A DNA stretch of 64,000 nt from Felis catus (Eukaryota): positions 43,216,001 through 43,280,000 of the forward strand of contig NC_058368.1 in assembly GCF_018350175.1 (NCBI RefSeq), read 5' to 3'. Shown here piece after piece: positions 11,415 through 23,880 of this stretch. The first letter of the stretch is position 1. The number at the start of each line of letters is the position of its first letter. The position numbers and the translations under genes are program-made. Under the pieces are notes generated by a model. The model did not search any database. It worked only from the letters and a program-made list of their open reading frames with translations, and was not told the origin of the DNA.

Positions 11415-12100
11415 TTTTCTTTCTTTCTTTTTTTTAAAATTTAAGTACAGTTGACAGACAATAGTATATTAGTTTTAGGTGTACAGCATAGTGATTTGAT
11501 AATTTTATGCATTACTCAAGGCTTACCACGATAAATGTAGTCACCATTTATTAGCATAAACATTATTATGATATTATTGACTATATTCCCTCTATTGTAC
11601 TTTTCATCTTGATGACTTATTTTAATTTTTTTAATTAAAAACATTTTGTTAAATGTTTATTTTTGAGAGGGAGATTGAACAGGACAGGGGCAGAGAGAGA
11701 GAGGGATACAGAGAATCTGAAGCAAGGTCTCTGCTGTCAGCACAAAGCCCGACTTGAGGCTTGACATGGTGTTCAATGTGGGGTTTAACAAGGGGCTCAA
11801 ACCCAAGAGGTGTGAGATCATGACCTGAGATGAAGTTGGACACTCAACTTACTAAGCCACCCAGGCGTCCTGATGACTTATTTCATAAGTAGAAGTTTGT
11901 ATCTCTTAATCCCCCTCACCTATTTCACTCATCTCTACACATCCCTCACCTCTGGCATTCATCAGTTTGTTTTGTTTCTGTTTCTGTTTTTGTTCTTTAT
12001 TTTATCCTTTAGATTTCACATGTAAGTAAAATTATCTGTTGTCTATTTGTCTTTATATGTCTGACTTGTTTCACTTAGCATAATATCATGTTGCTACAAA
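11415..12100 (-). mobile_element. Carnivore/L1MA-type L1 3' UTR fragment, split by a SINE
   Basis: TATATTAGTTTTAGGTGTACAGCATAGTGATT...TTGACTATATTCCC...CCTCTGGCA..CATCAGTTTGTT...TTTCACTTAGCATAAT; poly-T tail at left. Confidence 0.9.
11623..11870 (-). mobile_element. CanSINE with internal 12-bp unit x4
   Basis: 13-bp TSD TGATGACTTATTT (11610-11622, 11871-11883); typical head and tail. Confidence 0.95.
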
Positions 12101-12196
12101 TATATATATATATATATATATACGCACATATATGTATATATATGTACATATATATACACACATATATGTATATATATGTATATATATACATATATA

Positions 12197-12240
<44 letters not shown>
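12101..12240. repeat. Compound (TA)n/(CA)n/(TG)n microsatellite
   Basis: About 140 bp of alternating purine-pyrimidine sequence. Confidence 0.97.
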
Positions 12241-12243
<3 letters not shown>

Positions 12244-13115
12244 TCATGTGGGTCTTAAAGTAGCTGCATCCCTCTAGAACTATAGCTTCTGATAGGTGAC
12301 TAAATTCACAATGGGATTCAGTTTTGGAAATAGTTTCTGGCTGTTACTAATCCCTGAGTGGCTTGAAACCTCTTATTAAACCACTTAATTCATCCACAAC
12401 ACTATAAATAGTTACTTCAATTAAGTTTTTAAAAACACAGGTCGAGTGTGCTGTCTTTTGAGGGAACCATGACGAATATAAAGAACTGAGATTCAGGTGA
12501 CCGAAGCATTCCTAGAGCATTTCCTAGGAACAATGCTCTCTAAGAAACCTCTGTACTCTTCAGCCAATTTAAGCAGTTCTTTCCCCTCATATCCATATTC
12601 TAGAATGGATAGCCAAGTCATTTTAATAATAGCAGCTACAAAATAATAAAATTAGTTTAGAGATTACTGATTCTAAGACTATTACTGGTTTATTATCTTT
12701 TATAGATTTCGTGATATACATGTACACACGCAGAATTTTGCATGAAAGTCTGAAGACTTTAGGTATCTCAGATTAAACAGAACTCTTGCCTAGAATATAG
12801 AAATTCATCCATCAGAAAAAAAAAAGTGTTGGCAGATTAATGCAATTTTAGATCCATTTGTGTTTGTGTGTGTGTGTGTGTGTGAACATTTAATAACATC
12901 AGATTCATTAAATACACCTAGATAAATATATTAAGACAAACATTTATATTCATGCATGACAAGCAACCTACGAAATGTCTAGATAAATTGAAAAAGAGAT
13001 TATGGTACATTTCTTACCAAATCTGAGATTTCTTTTCTAAGAGGAATTTTATGTATCAATTTCTCAAAGTTGCAATTCTTATTAAATTAATATGATATGA
13101 TTACATTTCTTTTTT

Positions 13116-13336
13116 TTTTAATTTTTTTTTCAACGTTTTTTATTTATTTTTGGGACAGAGAGAAACAGAGCATGAACGGGGGAGGGGCAGAGAGAGAGGG
13201 AGACACAGCATCGGAAACAGGCTCCAGGCTCCGAGCCATCAGCCCAGAGCCTGACGTGGGGCTCGAACTCACGGACCGTGAGATCGTGACCTGGCTGAAG
13301 TCGGACGCTTAACCGACTGCGCCACCCAGGCGCCCC
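13116..13336 (-). mobile_element. Young feline SINEC_Fc-type SINE
   Basis: CpG-rich, with intact A box (TGGCGCAGTCGG) and B box (GTTCGAGCC) on - strand. Perfect 15-bp TSD TTACATTTCTTTTTT (13101-13115, 13337-13351). Confidence 0.98.
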
Positions 13337-13344
13337 TTACATTT

Positions 13345-13543
13345 CTTTTTTAAAATTTATTTATTTTGAGAGATAGAGTGTGAGTGGGGGAGTGTTAGAG
13401 CAAGAGAGAGAGAGAGAAAGAATCCCAAGCAGGCTCCCTGCTATCAGTGCAGAGGCCAACGCAGGGCTCGATCTCATAAACAATGAGATCATGACCTGAG
13501 CTGAAATCAAGATTCAGACACTTAACCAACTAAGCAACACAGT
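13345..13543 (-). mobile_element. Older CanSINE
   Basis: GAATCCCAAGCAGGCTCC...GAGATCATGACCTGAGCTGAAATCAAGA...CTTAACCAACT; head degraded. Confidence 0.92.
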
Positions 13544-13546
13544 GAT

Positions 13547-14036
13547 GAGTGTACCTTTAATCCCCTTTACCTAGTTAACCCATCCCTCCACCCATCTCCC
13601 CTTTGGTAACCATCTGTTCTCTACAATTAAGAGTCTGTTTTATGGTTTATTTCTCTTCCCCCCCCCAAATTCTACATATGAGTGAAATCATATGGTACTC
13701 TCTAGATTCAACCATGTTGTTGTAAATGGCAAAGATTTCATTCTTTTTTATGGCTGAATAATATTCCATTTTGTGTATATATACATACATGCACACATAT
13801 ACCACCTCTTCTTTATCCATTCATCTATTGATGGACACTTAGGTTGCTTCCATAAAGGGTGCATGTATCCCTTAGAATTAACGATTTTGTCTTCTTTGGG
13901 TAAATACCCAGTAGTGTGATTACTGAATCATATGGTAGTTCTAATTTTAGTTTTTTGAAGAACCTCCACATTGTTTCCCACAGTGGTTGCACCAGTTTGT
14001 ATTCCCACTAACGGTGCATGAGGGTTTCTTTTTCTC
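13547..14036 (-). mobile_element. Carnivore L1 3' UTR / ORF2-end fragment
   Basis: CATATGAGTGAAATCATATGGTA, TTTTTATGGCTGAATAATATTCCATT, GGGTAAATACCCAGTAGT, CAGTGGTTGCACCAGTTT. Confidence 0.92.
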
Positions 14037-16079
14037 AGTGCAGGAAATAGATATTTCCCCTTTCCTATGAACTAGGAAATCTGTATTTTATGATAATGAT
14101 ATAACAGAAATCAAGAGAACAATATTTTTTCTCACCTTTAAATAAGATTGCTACTCAATCAAAGACTTTCTTTTTCATGTTTTTAAACAAAACATAATAG
14201 TACCTTTTGTTTCTACCTATTCCTTACCTTTTGGGGATGTCCTTGGTGTCATCTTGGCTGGTATATCAACTGTACTCACAAAACACCACAGCATCCATAT
14301 ACTGCAATCCTTTTGTTTCTGCAATTTTAGATAAATTCATTAGTAGCCATATGAATTAGTAAATCACTTTTAATGTCCCAATTCTGTTAATAAAATATAA
14401 AAGTCATTTAGAAAACGCTACTCAAGTATGAAGTAACACTGATATTATCTTGTATATTGTAACATAGTCTCAACTGGAAAAGGATGAGATTGGAGATCCA
14501 GGTAGCAAATTAGATTGATGTGCTGTCCTCAACATAATGGCATTTTCATTTCTGAGCCCTACCAAGTCCAAAACAAAACCATTTTTTATGGTTGCTCAAA
14601 ATCCCAAGAGAAATGAGTTCAGGTGGTCTCAACTTAGTTTCTCATGTACAAAGGGACATATCAAAAACCTGCCATAGACTGATAGTAATTTATCACTTTC
14701 ACTTTTAAGAAGCTATGGGATTACAAGCATGAAGCAAATAACAGCAAAAGAAGTATTTCTACAAGCATTTTTTTTTTGCCTTTTTGCCTCAGCTGGGAGT
14801 TTCCATTTTATTGGAAGAATAGTCTTATAAAACAAAAATTACATTTGTCATGATGTATTAATTGAAATTTTCTTTCAATATTCAATTATTAACATTTAAA
14901 ATACAAAAATATGTCACTTGTAACCATTGTTTATAATAAATAGAACAACTAAATAATACTAATATATCTTTAAAACCATCATAAATCAAACAGCAAACAA
15001 AACTTAAATCTATGTCTTCTTATGCATTTTTATCATTCAGATAAAAATGGTAGGGTCCTTAAATATACAAAATTTACATATTTTTATGTTCTAAGGAATT
15101 TTTAAAAATTAATGTTAATTATGTTTCAAGGAAACCAAACAGATGAAAATAATTATAGTTAAAAAAATAATTGAGTAAAATCCTATAGTCTGATGCCTTC
15201 AGAAATATAATAGTATGACATTATAATGTAGATAAATTATTTCAGATATTTGCTTTGGATATTCAACTTTTCATTCACCCTAAATATCTTTTGACATATT
15301 GCTCTCATGGAAATCTGAAATGTCAACAGCGTGACAGTCAAGAGAAGCATATAAGTATTTGAATCATTACAGAGATGTGGGTCACAAGGATAGGACACAG
15401 TGTAATTTATTCAAATATTATTTGGGTTGTTTCTCAGATATTGACTAACCAAGAATTATTAAATCAGACAAGAAGTCAGATATATTTTTGATAATATAAA
15501 ATCTAAAAGTTAGTATATGTTATAGTACATTTCCATTTTGAATACAAGAAACAGAGAACTATTATTTAGATGGCCTTTAAAACAAATTAGAAGAAAGATG
15601 GAGAATGTCAGAGCTTATTAAGAAGCAACAGCTATTCTATTCCATTGAAAATGTCATAAAAAAGATAATACAAAAATTAACTCTTTTTAGCTGATATTGA
15701 AATAACAAGAAAATTTCAGTAGAAATTCCTTACAATTGTCAAGCTGATAAGAATAAATTTTTTGGATCACACAACAGACATTTTCTTTACATCTCTTATG
15801 AAAGATATATTAGAGTCAAGCTGCACAAACTGATTTGGTCATATTTTATTTTTACAAAGTTTCCAAGAATCATGAGGCTGAATGGCTGAACTCATGTAAA
15901 ACAAAATGTAGCATTAATACATCATTTAATAAATATACATTAGAAAGAAGGTAATATTGCTTTATCAATTATGGAATTTTTAAAAATCTTTAATTAAATG
16001 TTATCACATTTTGCTAGCTAGCAGTTTTGCCATTATTATTGTTGTTCTCTACAAAATAAGTAGCTTTCACACTTGCTAT

Positions 16080-16345
16080 CTGAGAAATGAACATCATGAT
16101 TTTCTTAGGCTCAAGACCTACATCTTTACATGTCAACCAATTCTAAACTACTGCGTTACAAATTTCACCAACCAGTTCCCTGCCTTGGATGACCTATGTT
16201 AAATCCACTGAACTCATACCCCAAAACCTCATTAATATTTTTTCCTAATCTCCCTATTTTGAATCATTATTAAGACCACCAAGGTGTAGTTCTCCCTTGA
16301 TGCTGTAAATTAATACATTCAGCACCACCTGATCAGGTAGGCTTT
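16080..16345 (+). mobile_element. Possible old ERV1 LTR fragment (MER90/MER110-like)
   Basis: CCCCAAAACCTC..TAATAT..TTCCTAA...TAAGAC..CAAGGT.TAGTTCTCCCTT...GTAAATTAATACATTCAGC resembles the TATA/polyA region of these LTRs; highly diverged. Confidence 0.4.
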
Positions 16346-18963
16346 TATTTATTTATTTACTTATTTATTTATTTATTATGCTAATTTAACTACTATTGAG
16401 TAGTTGAACATAGACAACCTGGAGGTCTTGCTAAAATGGTTATTAAAACTTAACTCTCTTATGAAAAGTCCCCATAACTCTCTTGCTTGGAGTCTCTTCC
16501 TGACTAGGATGCTGAAGTAGGGTCCCACTTTGAGTCTGAGGACCTATTTCCTTTATCAAGTTCCCCAATTCTGAGATAATTTTGTCTCCTAGAAATAAAA
16601 GAAATGTTTTTAAAGTAATCTCCTGCTTATCTCATCAATTTTAAAAACCTTTCCTTGGACTTCAGGTCAGTAAAAATCTGTCCTTTTACTACAGCATCAT
16701 CATTTATCTCTTGGACTGTCCTTTTCATTTTCTGTTGTGAGTTTATAAGAGAAAGTTCATAGACAAGAAGATAAAAATAGACACAATAAATCTGTCTTTT
16801 GACTCAGTACCAAGGGCCAACAAGTCCCAAAAGGCTTGTCACATTGGCATCTTTATAGGACAAGCTTTGCCTTTGGTCAACTATCTTTCTAAATTTCAAA
16901 ATTTCAAAATTACAAAGTCCACTTGGGGAAATTTTTTATGTGAACACAATTATTCATTTGAGAAGTGTCTTACAACAAAAAAAAATGGACACAATCTAAA
17001 AGGTTTTTCTTTAAAAATTTTTTTGAACCAACTTCCAAAAAAAATTGAAACTACTTTACAAAGACACTTTTTAGAGTGCATTTTGACAAAGGAAATTTTT
17101 TAAAGTATGAAGTTTATTAATAATGTGGGTAAATGATGCAGGACTTTGAAAGGGGACCAAACACTTAATTCAGTTTTCTCTTAAACTCTCCAGGAGAACT
17201 TGCTGTAAATGTTAAGGAACAATCATAGAAGTTTTTTTTTTTTTATTAATATCATGTAGTATAATATATTAACCTTAAATTCTGCCACTATCACACAATC
17301 TCACCCTAGGAAAGAATGACTACTCAGAAAGTTGAAATTTTTTTTATAACAAACTTCAGATGTTACCCATTCATCAGCCAATAAATCTTACCAGTGTGCT
17401 TCCAACCAAAGGATATTTTTCTCTTGTGAAATCACACTGATAACTTAATAGGTATATATTTATTTTGTAAATGGAATTATCTGTTTAAATGGACACCTCT
17501 TTCTTTAGATAAACCAAGGACTCTGTACTTCATAATCAGGTCATAGTAATTTGAATAATGACCTACTAGTTTGCTTGTTCTAAAGGAAAAATTGAAGCTC
17601 TCCAGTTCATAGATTTTTTTATGGTGCAAATATTCTGCTGATATTAACAGACTTATTGTTGCTAAATATATTAAAGTTTAGATCATCTCATACATATTCT
17701 TACCCAACTCACACATTTTCCCCTAAAATGAGAAGCAAAGAAGGAACAAACCAATCATTCAAGGTCTAGTAGAAAAACAAACAAACACACAAATAAACAA
17801 ACAAACAACTTGCATTTGTACCAATCATTGTCATACTCTTTTTCTTTAAGGCACAAAACACACAGAAAAAGATACTGATTTGTTCATAAATTGTAATCTC
17901 TTGTTTTCCATGATAATGAACCAAGTAATATTTCATCTTCAAGTCTACACATTTTACAACTGTATATTTGCACTCTGCTTTCATTTTTTAATGTCCTCCT
18001 TATGAAGTTAATTAAATACTAGTTGGCCTTTTCCTGGGAAGGTCTAAAATTTACCTGCAGTATTATGACTTACAGGTTTACTAAGACATTCACCGGTTTT
18101 CACAAGTCTCCAACTTAATCATCTTAAATATTCCTAGTATTCTTTTATCCTACACATGGATCACCTCTTATGTTTTATTGATAATGTGATGTCTAAAATT
18201 CATTCCATATCTTTAATAAGCTCAAAAGGAAAATGATGCTTTAAGGAAAAGTTACACTTTGTCAAAACTAAGGGTATGGCTTATCCCAGGACATATTCAA
18301 ATAATGCAAATCTTTCAATTATGACAGACGTCACACCATTAATTTTTTTTTCATTCTGGTCAAGAGATAATTAGATTTTTCACCAATGCAAGTAAAGGGC
18401 TCATTACTTTTCTCGAATCACCACGTATATGTATAATTTAACCAGGTTATCAGTGATTGAACCCCTAAGCAGAAGCAAACATTTTATGATTTAAAGTGAG
18501 GTCTTCGATAACTTCCCATCCATTCATGAATAAGTGATCTAAACGAGTCTGGGTATTCTGACTCAACTTCATGGAAATCAGTGGACACCAATAGTTTATT
18601 ATAACATTTCTTTTTATTCGTGGGAAAAGCCTACTCACTCTGTTTCATATCAATAACAGCTTCAGTTTAAATAATGGAAGATTCTATGAATAAGGACTCA
18701 GATTTTCCTTTAAACTTCATGGTTCCTCATGCTGAGCAATCTTTGTTGTTCACTTAAAATCTCAAATATTTATCAATAATAGGTTTATCTCCTATAACAT
18801 TTTGTTACTCCTTCACGCATTTCCAAGTATTAATGTAATCCTTTAAATCATGGGACTTTATTTCCATAATCAGAATAAGAGAAAACAAATAACTGCTGGA
18901 TTCTGCCAAGGATTGTTGTCCATGCTCCAAACATATTTATTTTTATACTGTCCTGGAGAAAAC

Positions 18964-18985
18964 ATATCTTAGTATACTAAGATAT
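18964..18985. repeat. Perfect 22-bp palindrome
   Basis: ATATCTTAGTA|TACTAAGATAT. Confidence 0.9.
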
Positions 18986-19561
18986 ACTATTGTCTTTTAA
19001 TGAGTCTTATGATAAGAACAGGAAAATTTCAGGGTTTATCAAAACAATTCAACTTATCCATAGTATATGACCCCTTTTACTAGAAACCGAATCAGCCCAG
19101 ATGGCAGAACACATTGCATACCCTAGATCTTGGCAAATGAGTGGAGATAAGAGAGCTAACATTTATTGTAGTAGCAGACATATTTTGCATATAGTATGTG
19201 ATTTTTGTTATGCTTTGGAAACAGCAAACATTCTTGATATCACCAGGAATTCCAAATCAGAATATCTGATAGATTAAAGAACTCTTTCTGCCCTGATACT
19301 TTTGAAGTATATAGTCATTATAAATTAGAAGTCTGAACACAAAGCAATAATTTAAAGGCAAAGGAAAATGTTTTAGGTAATCATTATGAAAGACAGGAGC
19401 TTTAATGAAGATCTTGGTCCCCTTAACACTACAAGAAGCCAATTCTTTAAAGAAGTTTCAAAAAGCTATTACATAATGCCAGTAGCTGGTACACAACTAA
19501 AAAAAAATAGTGGGAGAAATGTGGCTTTATATGACATGATAATAATTTATGGCACTTTCAG

Positions 19562-19768
19562 TTTTTTTATTGTTGTTAAATATTTAATTTATTTTTGGGA
19601 GAGTGCAAGAGGGGAAGGAGCAGAGAAAGGGGACAGAGGATCTGAAGCGGCCTCTGCACTGACAGGCTGACAGCAGAGAGCCCTATGTGGGGCTTGAACT
19701 CACAAACCCCGAAATCCTGACCTAAGCTGAAGTCTGACACTCAACCGACTAAGCCACCCAGGTGCCCT
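19562..19768 (-). mobile_element. CanSINE (variant with CTGACAGGCTGACAGC)
   Basis: 12-bp TSD TGGCACTTTCAG (19550-19561, 19774-19785); typical head. Confidence 0.95.
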
Positions 19769-21109
19769 GACCGTGGCACTTTCAGATCAGCCACTTGCAG
19801 TCCCCCAAAAACTTGAAATAATTTTATATTGAATTTTCTATCATGGCAAGGACAACTAGTACACTAAACTAACATTGTAGTGAGGGGCAAAGGTACTAAA
19901 ATGCTGAAGAATATCTGCTTTGTGTCTCATCTGTCATCACCATTATCCTGGTAAACTGTAAAGATGGGTATGGACAAGTGGCCCAGTCTTAGGGTAACTT
20001 TGAACACATTCAAATGAGTTTCATAAAGTAAACCCTGAAAAGAATTTTAAATATATTTGTACCATGTTTGCTTAGTTTCACAATTTTACTTAATAAAGGG
20101 TTACTGATTTAATATTAGCAAAAATATTACTTCATTCCCAATCTGTGGATTTTCAGTCTATCTCTCCAGTGAAACAAGTACCAATAACGAGTGACTAGTG
20201 TTGGAGAATTACAAAGTCTTGCTACTTAGAAGTCATACTATTCAAATTATACTCCATCTTTAGGAAAGTTAGAAGGAACAAATGTAATTCTGAAACGGAA
20301 CTTTGTAAAGCACCTAATGACCTGATACACTGGAAGAGAAATCAGAGAAAGACAGCCTGCAAACTTCTATGGAAAGGACACTTCCAATATCTGAACAAAA
20401 CTCAGACGGGTTGGTCTTTAGAGTCACAACCATTTATTTAAGAGACACAAGCCATCCTCATACAATGAAAGCATGTTCTGGGTGGAGACATTAAATTGTG
20501 AATTCTTGGAAATTCTCCAGAAGCTGACACCTTTAGGCTCATGTAAATAACTATGTAAAGCTGAACATTTTGCCTGAGACCCAGAGAACAAGATCCAGAT
20601 GACCAACACATCAGAGTATCATGCTTTAATTAATATTAATATTGTTTATTTTTATAAACTATTTTACTTATATCTACTGGCTTAAGATTTCGATTTTAAT
20701 AGAGACTTATTAGCTCTTAACTATGATACCCATGAGGCCCTTTTTCTTAATATTGCTTGTCATCCCTAGGTACTCTTTGGTATAAGTCCAATATCTAGCT
20801 AGAGTTTGCTTATGATTTGGCCAAAATCTAAAACCCAATCAACTTTTTGTTCTGTATATATATTACTCTGGGTGCCAGTTTTGTTGTAAAGAAATTAATA
20901 ACTTCAAGTGTAATATTCTCAACCAGTAAACACAATTTTAGAAGCAAGCATCACAAAAAGATGCTAAACCCATAAAACTCCCTCTAACATCTCACATAGG
21001 ACCTTTTGTAGGAGCTTGTTTTTGTAACCAAACTTTTGTAAATATAAAGGTTGGGAAGACATTATCATGACTGATGCTGTCTTACTTTTATACACTTTAA
21101 AAGGACACA

Positions 21110-21338
21110 GGAACACCTGGTGGCTCAGGGTTAAGCGTCTGACTTTGGCTCAGGTCATATCTCACAGCTTGTGGGTTTGAGCCCCGTGTTAGGCCCTGTG
21201 CTCACAGCTCAGAGCTTGGAGCTGCTTTGGATTCTGTGTCTCCCTCTCTCTGCCCCTCCCCTGCTCAAGTTCTGTCTCTCTCCCTTTCTCTCTGTCTCTC
21301 TCTCTCAAAAATAAACATTAAAAAAATCAAAAAAAAAA
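21110..21338 (+). mobile_element. CanSINE
   Basis: CACCTGGTGGCTCAG..TTAAGCGTCTGACTTTGGCTCAGGTCAT, (CT)n, A-tail. Confidence 0.95.
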
Positions 21339-23729
21339 GAGGATATAAAACTATGTAATAAGACAGTGAATTTAAATATATTCCTGTATTTTTATTTCTG
21401 CCTTTTGGTGTTGATGCCCTCCTAGTCAGCCTCTGAGTGGAGAGAGGCCTGGAAAAAAAAAAAAAGGTAAATATTCAGTTTCCGACCTCCTGAAAAATAG
21501 ACAAGAAACTTGAAAGTCAGACATTTTCGGGGAAATAAAGGATTTTCAAGTCTGGCCAGCTGGCATAATAGTTTTACTATTTGCCCAAGAAAGGAATAAA
21601 GAGAACATGATGAGAAAGGAATGAAAATGACAAATCCATTTATTATCTTAGTATACTGTAGAAAGGGAGAAAGGACAAGGCATGAAATCCCTGATGATAC
21701 AGGAGCTAATGGTAATACTGGCTGTAAGCTTTTAGGAAAATTTTCAAAGAAAAATTCATTTTCAAAATCGTGCAAGGATATCATTCAGTGGTTTTGTTAG
21801 GAGAAAGCAATTTAGGTGACCTTTGTTCCCATGGCCAGCATGTGGTGTGCAGGGACCCTAAATTTCCTCATATGCCCTAAAGGAACATGGAGGTAGAGGA
21901 GGGTTTGTGGTCATGGTGAAGAGACTACTGTATGTAGGATCATGAAGAACAGAAGCAGGTGCCTTGGACCTTAGATGCTAGTTTTGAACGCAGGCATATT
22001 TTTTTTTCAAGCCAAAGGCCAGATGTAACATTTTGAAGCAGAACGAGAATCCAGAAGACATGGATTTGTACACCTCACTACTTTTGCTCTGCACCAAGAC
22101 ATGTTAGATATATATCCACAAAACAGCCAGCTAGTCACTGTCTTGGTTAGGAGGCATACCAGGTGGGGCCAGAACTCGGAAAATATAAGAATTCTACATG
22201 ATTCATTTAAACATCAGAGTAAATTATACAAAAATGCCAAAGAAAGTATTAGGCTGAACTGACATTACTGGATAGGTCTAAGTGTTACTATTATTATTTT
22301 TACTACCTTATGTGGTGAAATTCATTAAGGAAGAACAGATTTTAACAAATAAGGAAATTATTTTCCAAGAAAATGTTTCTTTGTAATCTGGCTGGATTAT
22401 AAATCCTGCTACATATTTTTCTTCTGCTGCTTTCATTATAATCCATGCACTTGGTGGAAGGTGGTAGAGATGTGAGTACTTCCACTGTTAGGATTGATCA
22501 CTGTATTAAGGTAGTAAATGGGAAGTAATAGCTGAGCAAAAGATTATCTTACCTTTACCCAGTTTCAAGTAGAACTCAACGTCGTAATTGTGACTGAATT
22601 CACATTTTGGCATATTAATATCTCTCTGAAAAGTGGATATAGTGGTGATGCTGTCCACATAAAATTATTCAAGAATCTGTGCTTTAAACTGGCAATCTGG
22701 GAATGGGGCAATGAAGGGGAAAGGTTGTGGGATAGAAAAAATGTGAATTTGAATTGATGTTTCCTTTCTACTTCAAAAAGAGTAATCTATCTGGAGCAGT
22801 GTTAGCTAAGCCAGGTTCTAATCAATTTCCATTATTAGTAAGGACGAAACAGTTCATATTTTATTTAACATGTCATGAAACATTTGGATATGAAGTCAAA
22901 CTGCTTTCTTTGCAAATCTTCAACATCACCAATTCATTCTATTTTATCACTGTCATCTGAGGGAACAAGATGATGGGAGGTTACATTTGCCATCTAGAAA
23001 TTAATATTAATTTTTAAAATAATAATATATTTTTGCCTCTTCTAAAGGTTATTTTTTCAAAGGAAATAAAGATGTCTTGTTAGATATTTTACAGCCATCT
23101 GGGTACAAAAGTAATAAACTGAGAACACATATAATGTTTACCATTATTTAGATAATGCATTGGCATGCATTTAAAAATTATTCTTATGAAGTTGTTATAT
23201 TAAGTTTTTCTAATGGACAATATTTTATTAAACTGTCTCTACACATTTCGTGCTATTTTGTGGCTATCATTTCCACAAATTGTTCCAAGCTAAAGTTTTG
23301 TACAGCTATTAGGAGGAGAAAATAGAGAATAGTCTTTCTTAAAGTAGCATTTATGAAGACTAAAAAGAAGGCTTTCATAATTGATGTGATTTCTGTATTA
23401 TAGTACAGCTTCCTGAAAGGAAGCCATGTTCCTTTATATGAGACAAAAACTGAATGTTGCCAAGATATCTTGCTCTGAAGCCATATCCCTTTATTTGTAT
23501 GCTTATCTTAAAATGCCAGTTTCCAGAAAACTCTAGTGATAGACCCAAGTGTACTTATGGATGCTTCATTAGCCAAGGAAAAGGAAATTGTTGTCTTGGG
23601 AAAGATGGAAGGAAAACAGTTGAGTGAAACATTTGGTAATGTTAATGAAGAAAATCTGGGAATAATGATATGATTGACATAAATATCACCAGTTCCCTAT
23701 TGTATTTGCTGACTTTTTGTGAGAATCAG

Positions 23730-23880
23730 GTAGTGGAGAATAGAGCCTCGAGAGTCAGCAAGACTAGGTCTCCAACTTTGGTCAAATCACAACACTGAAT
23801 TTGTTTCTAGTGTTAAATAAGGTGTTAACATCAGATCTTTTATGAACACCTATGGCTCTGAGATGAAAAGATTCAATGTA
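23730..23880 (+). mobile_element. MIR3-like SINE fragment
   Basis: GTAGTGGAGAATAGAGC..GAGTCAGCAAGACTAGGT...GGTCAAATCAC...AGATCTTTTA...GCTCTGAGAT..AGATTC. Confidence 0.45.

Noticed and set aside
14228..14318. - strand exon-like segment with AAG|GTAAGG donor; one frame reads LQYMDAVV, like a cytochrome P450 K-helix
   Set aside because: The acceptor lacks a good pyrimidine tract, the P450-like frame lacks ExxR and hits a stop, and no other P450 exons are visible.
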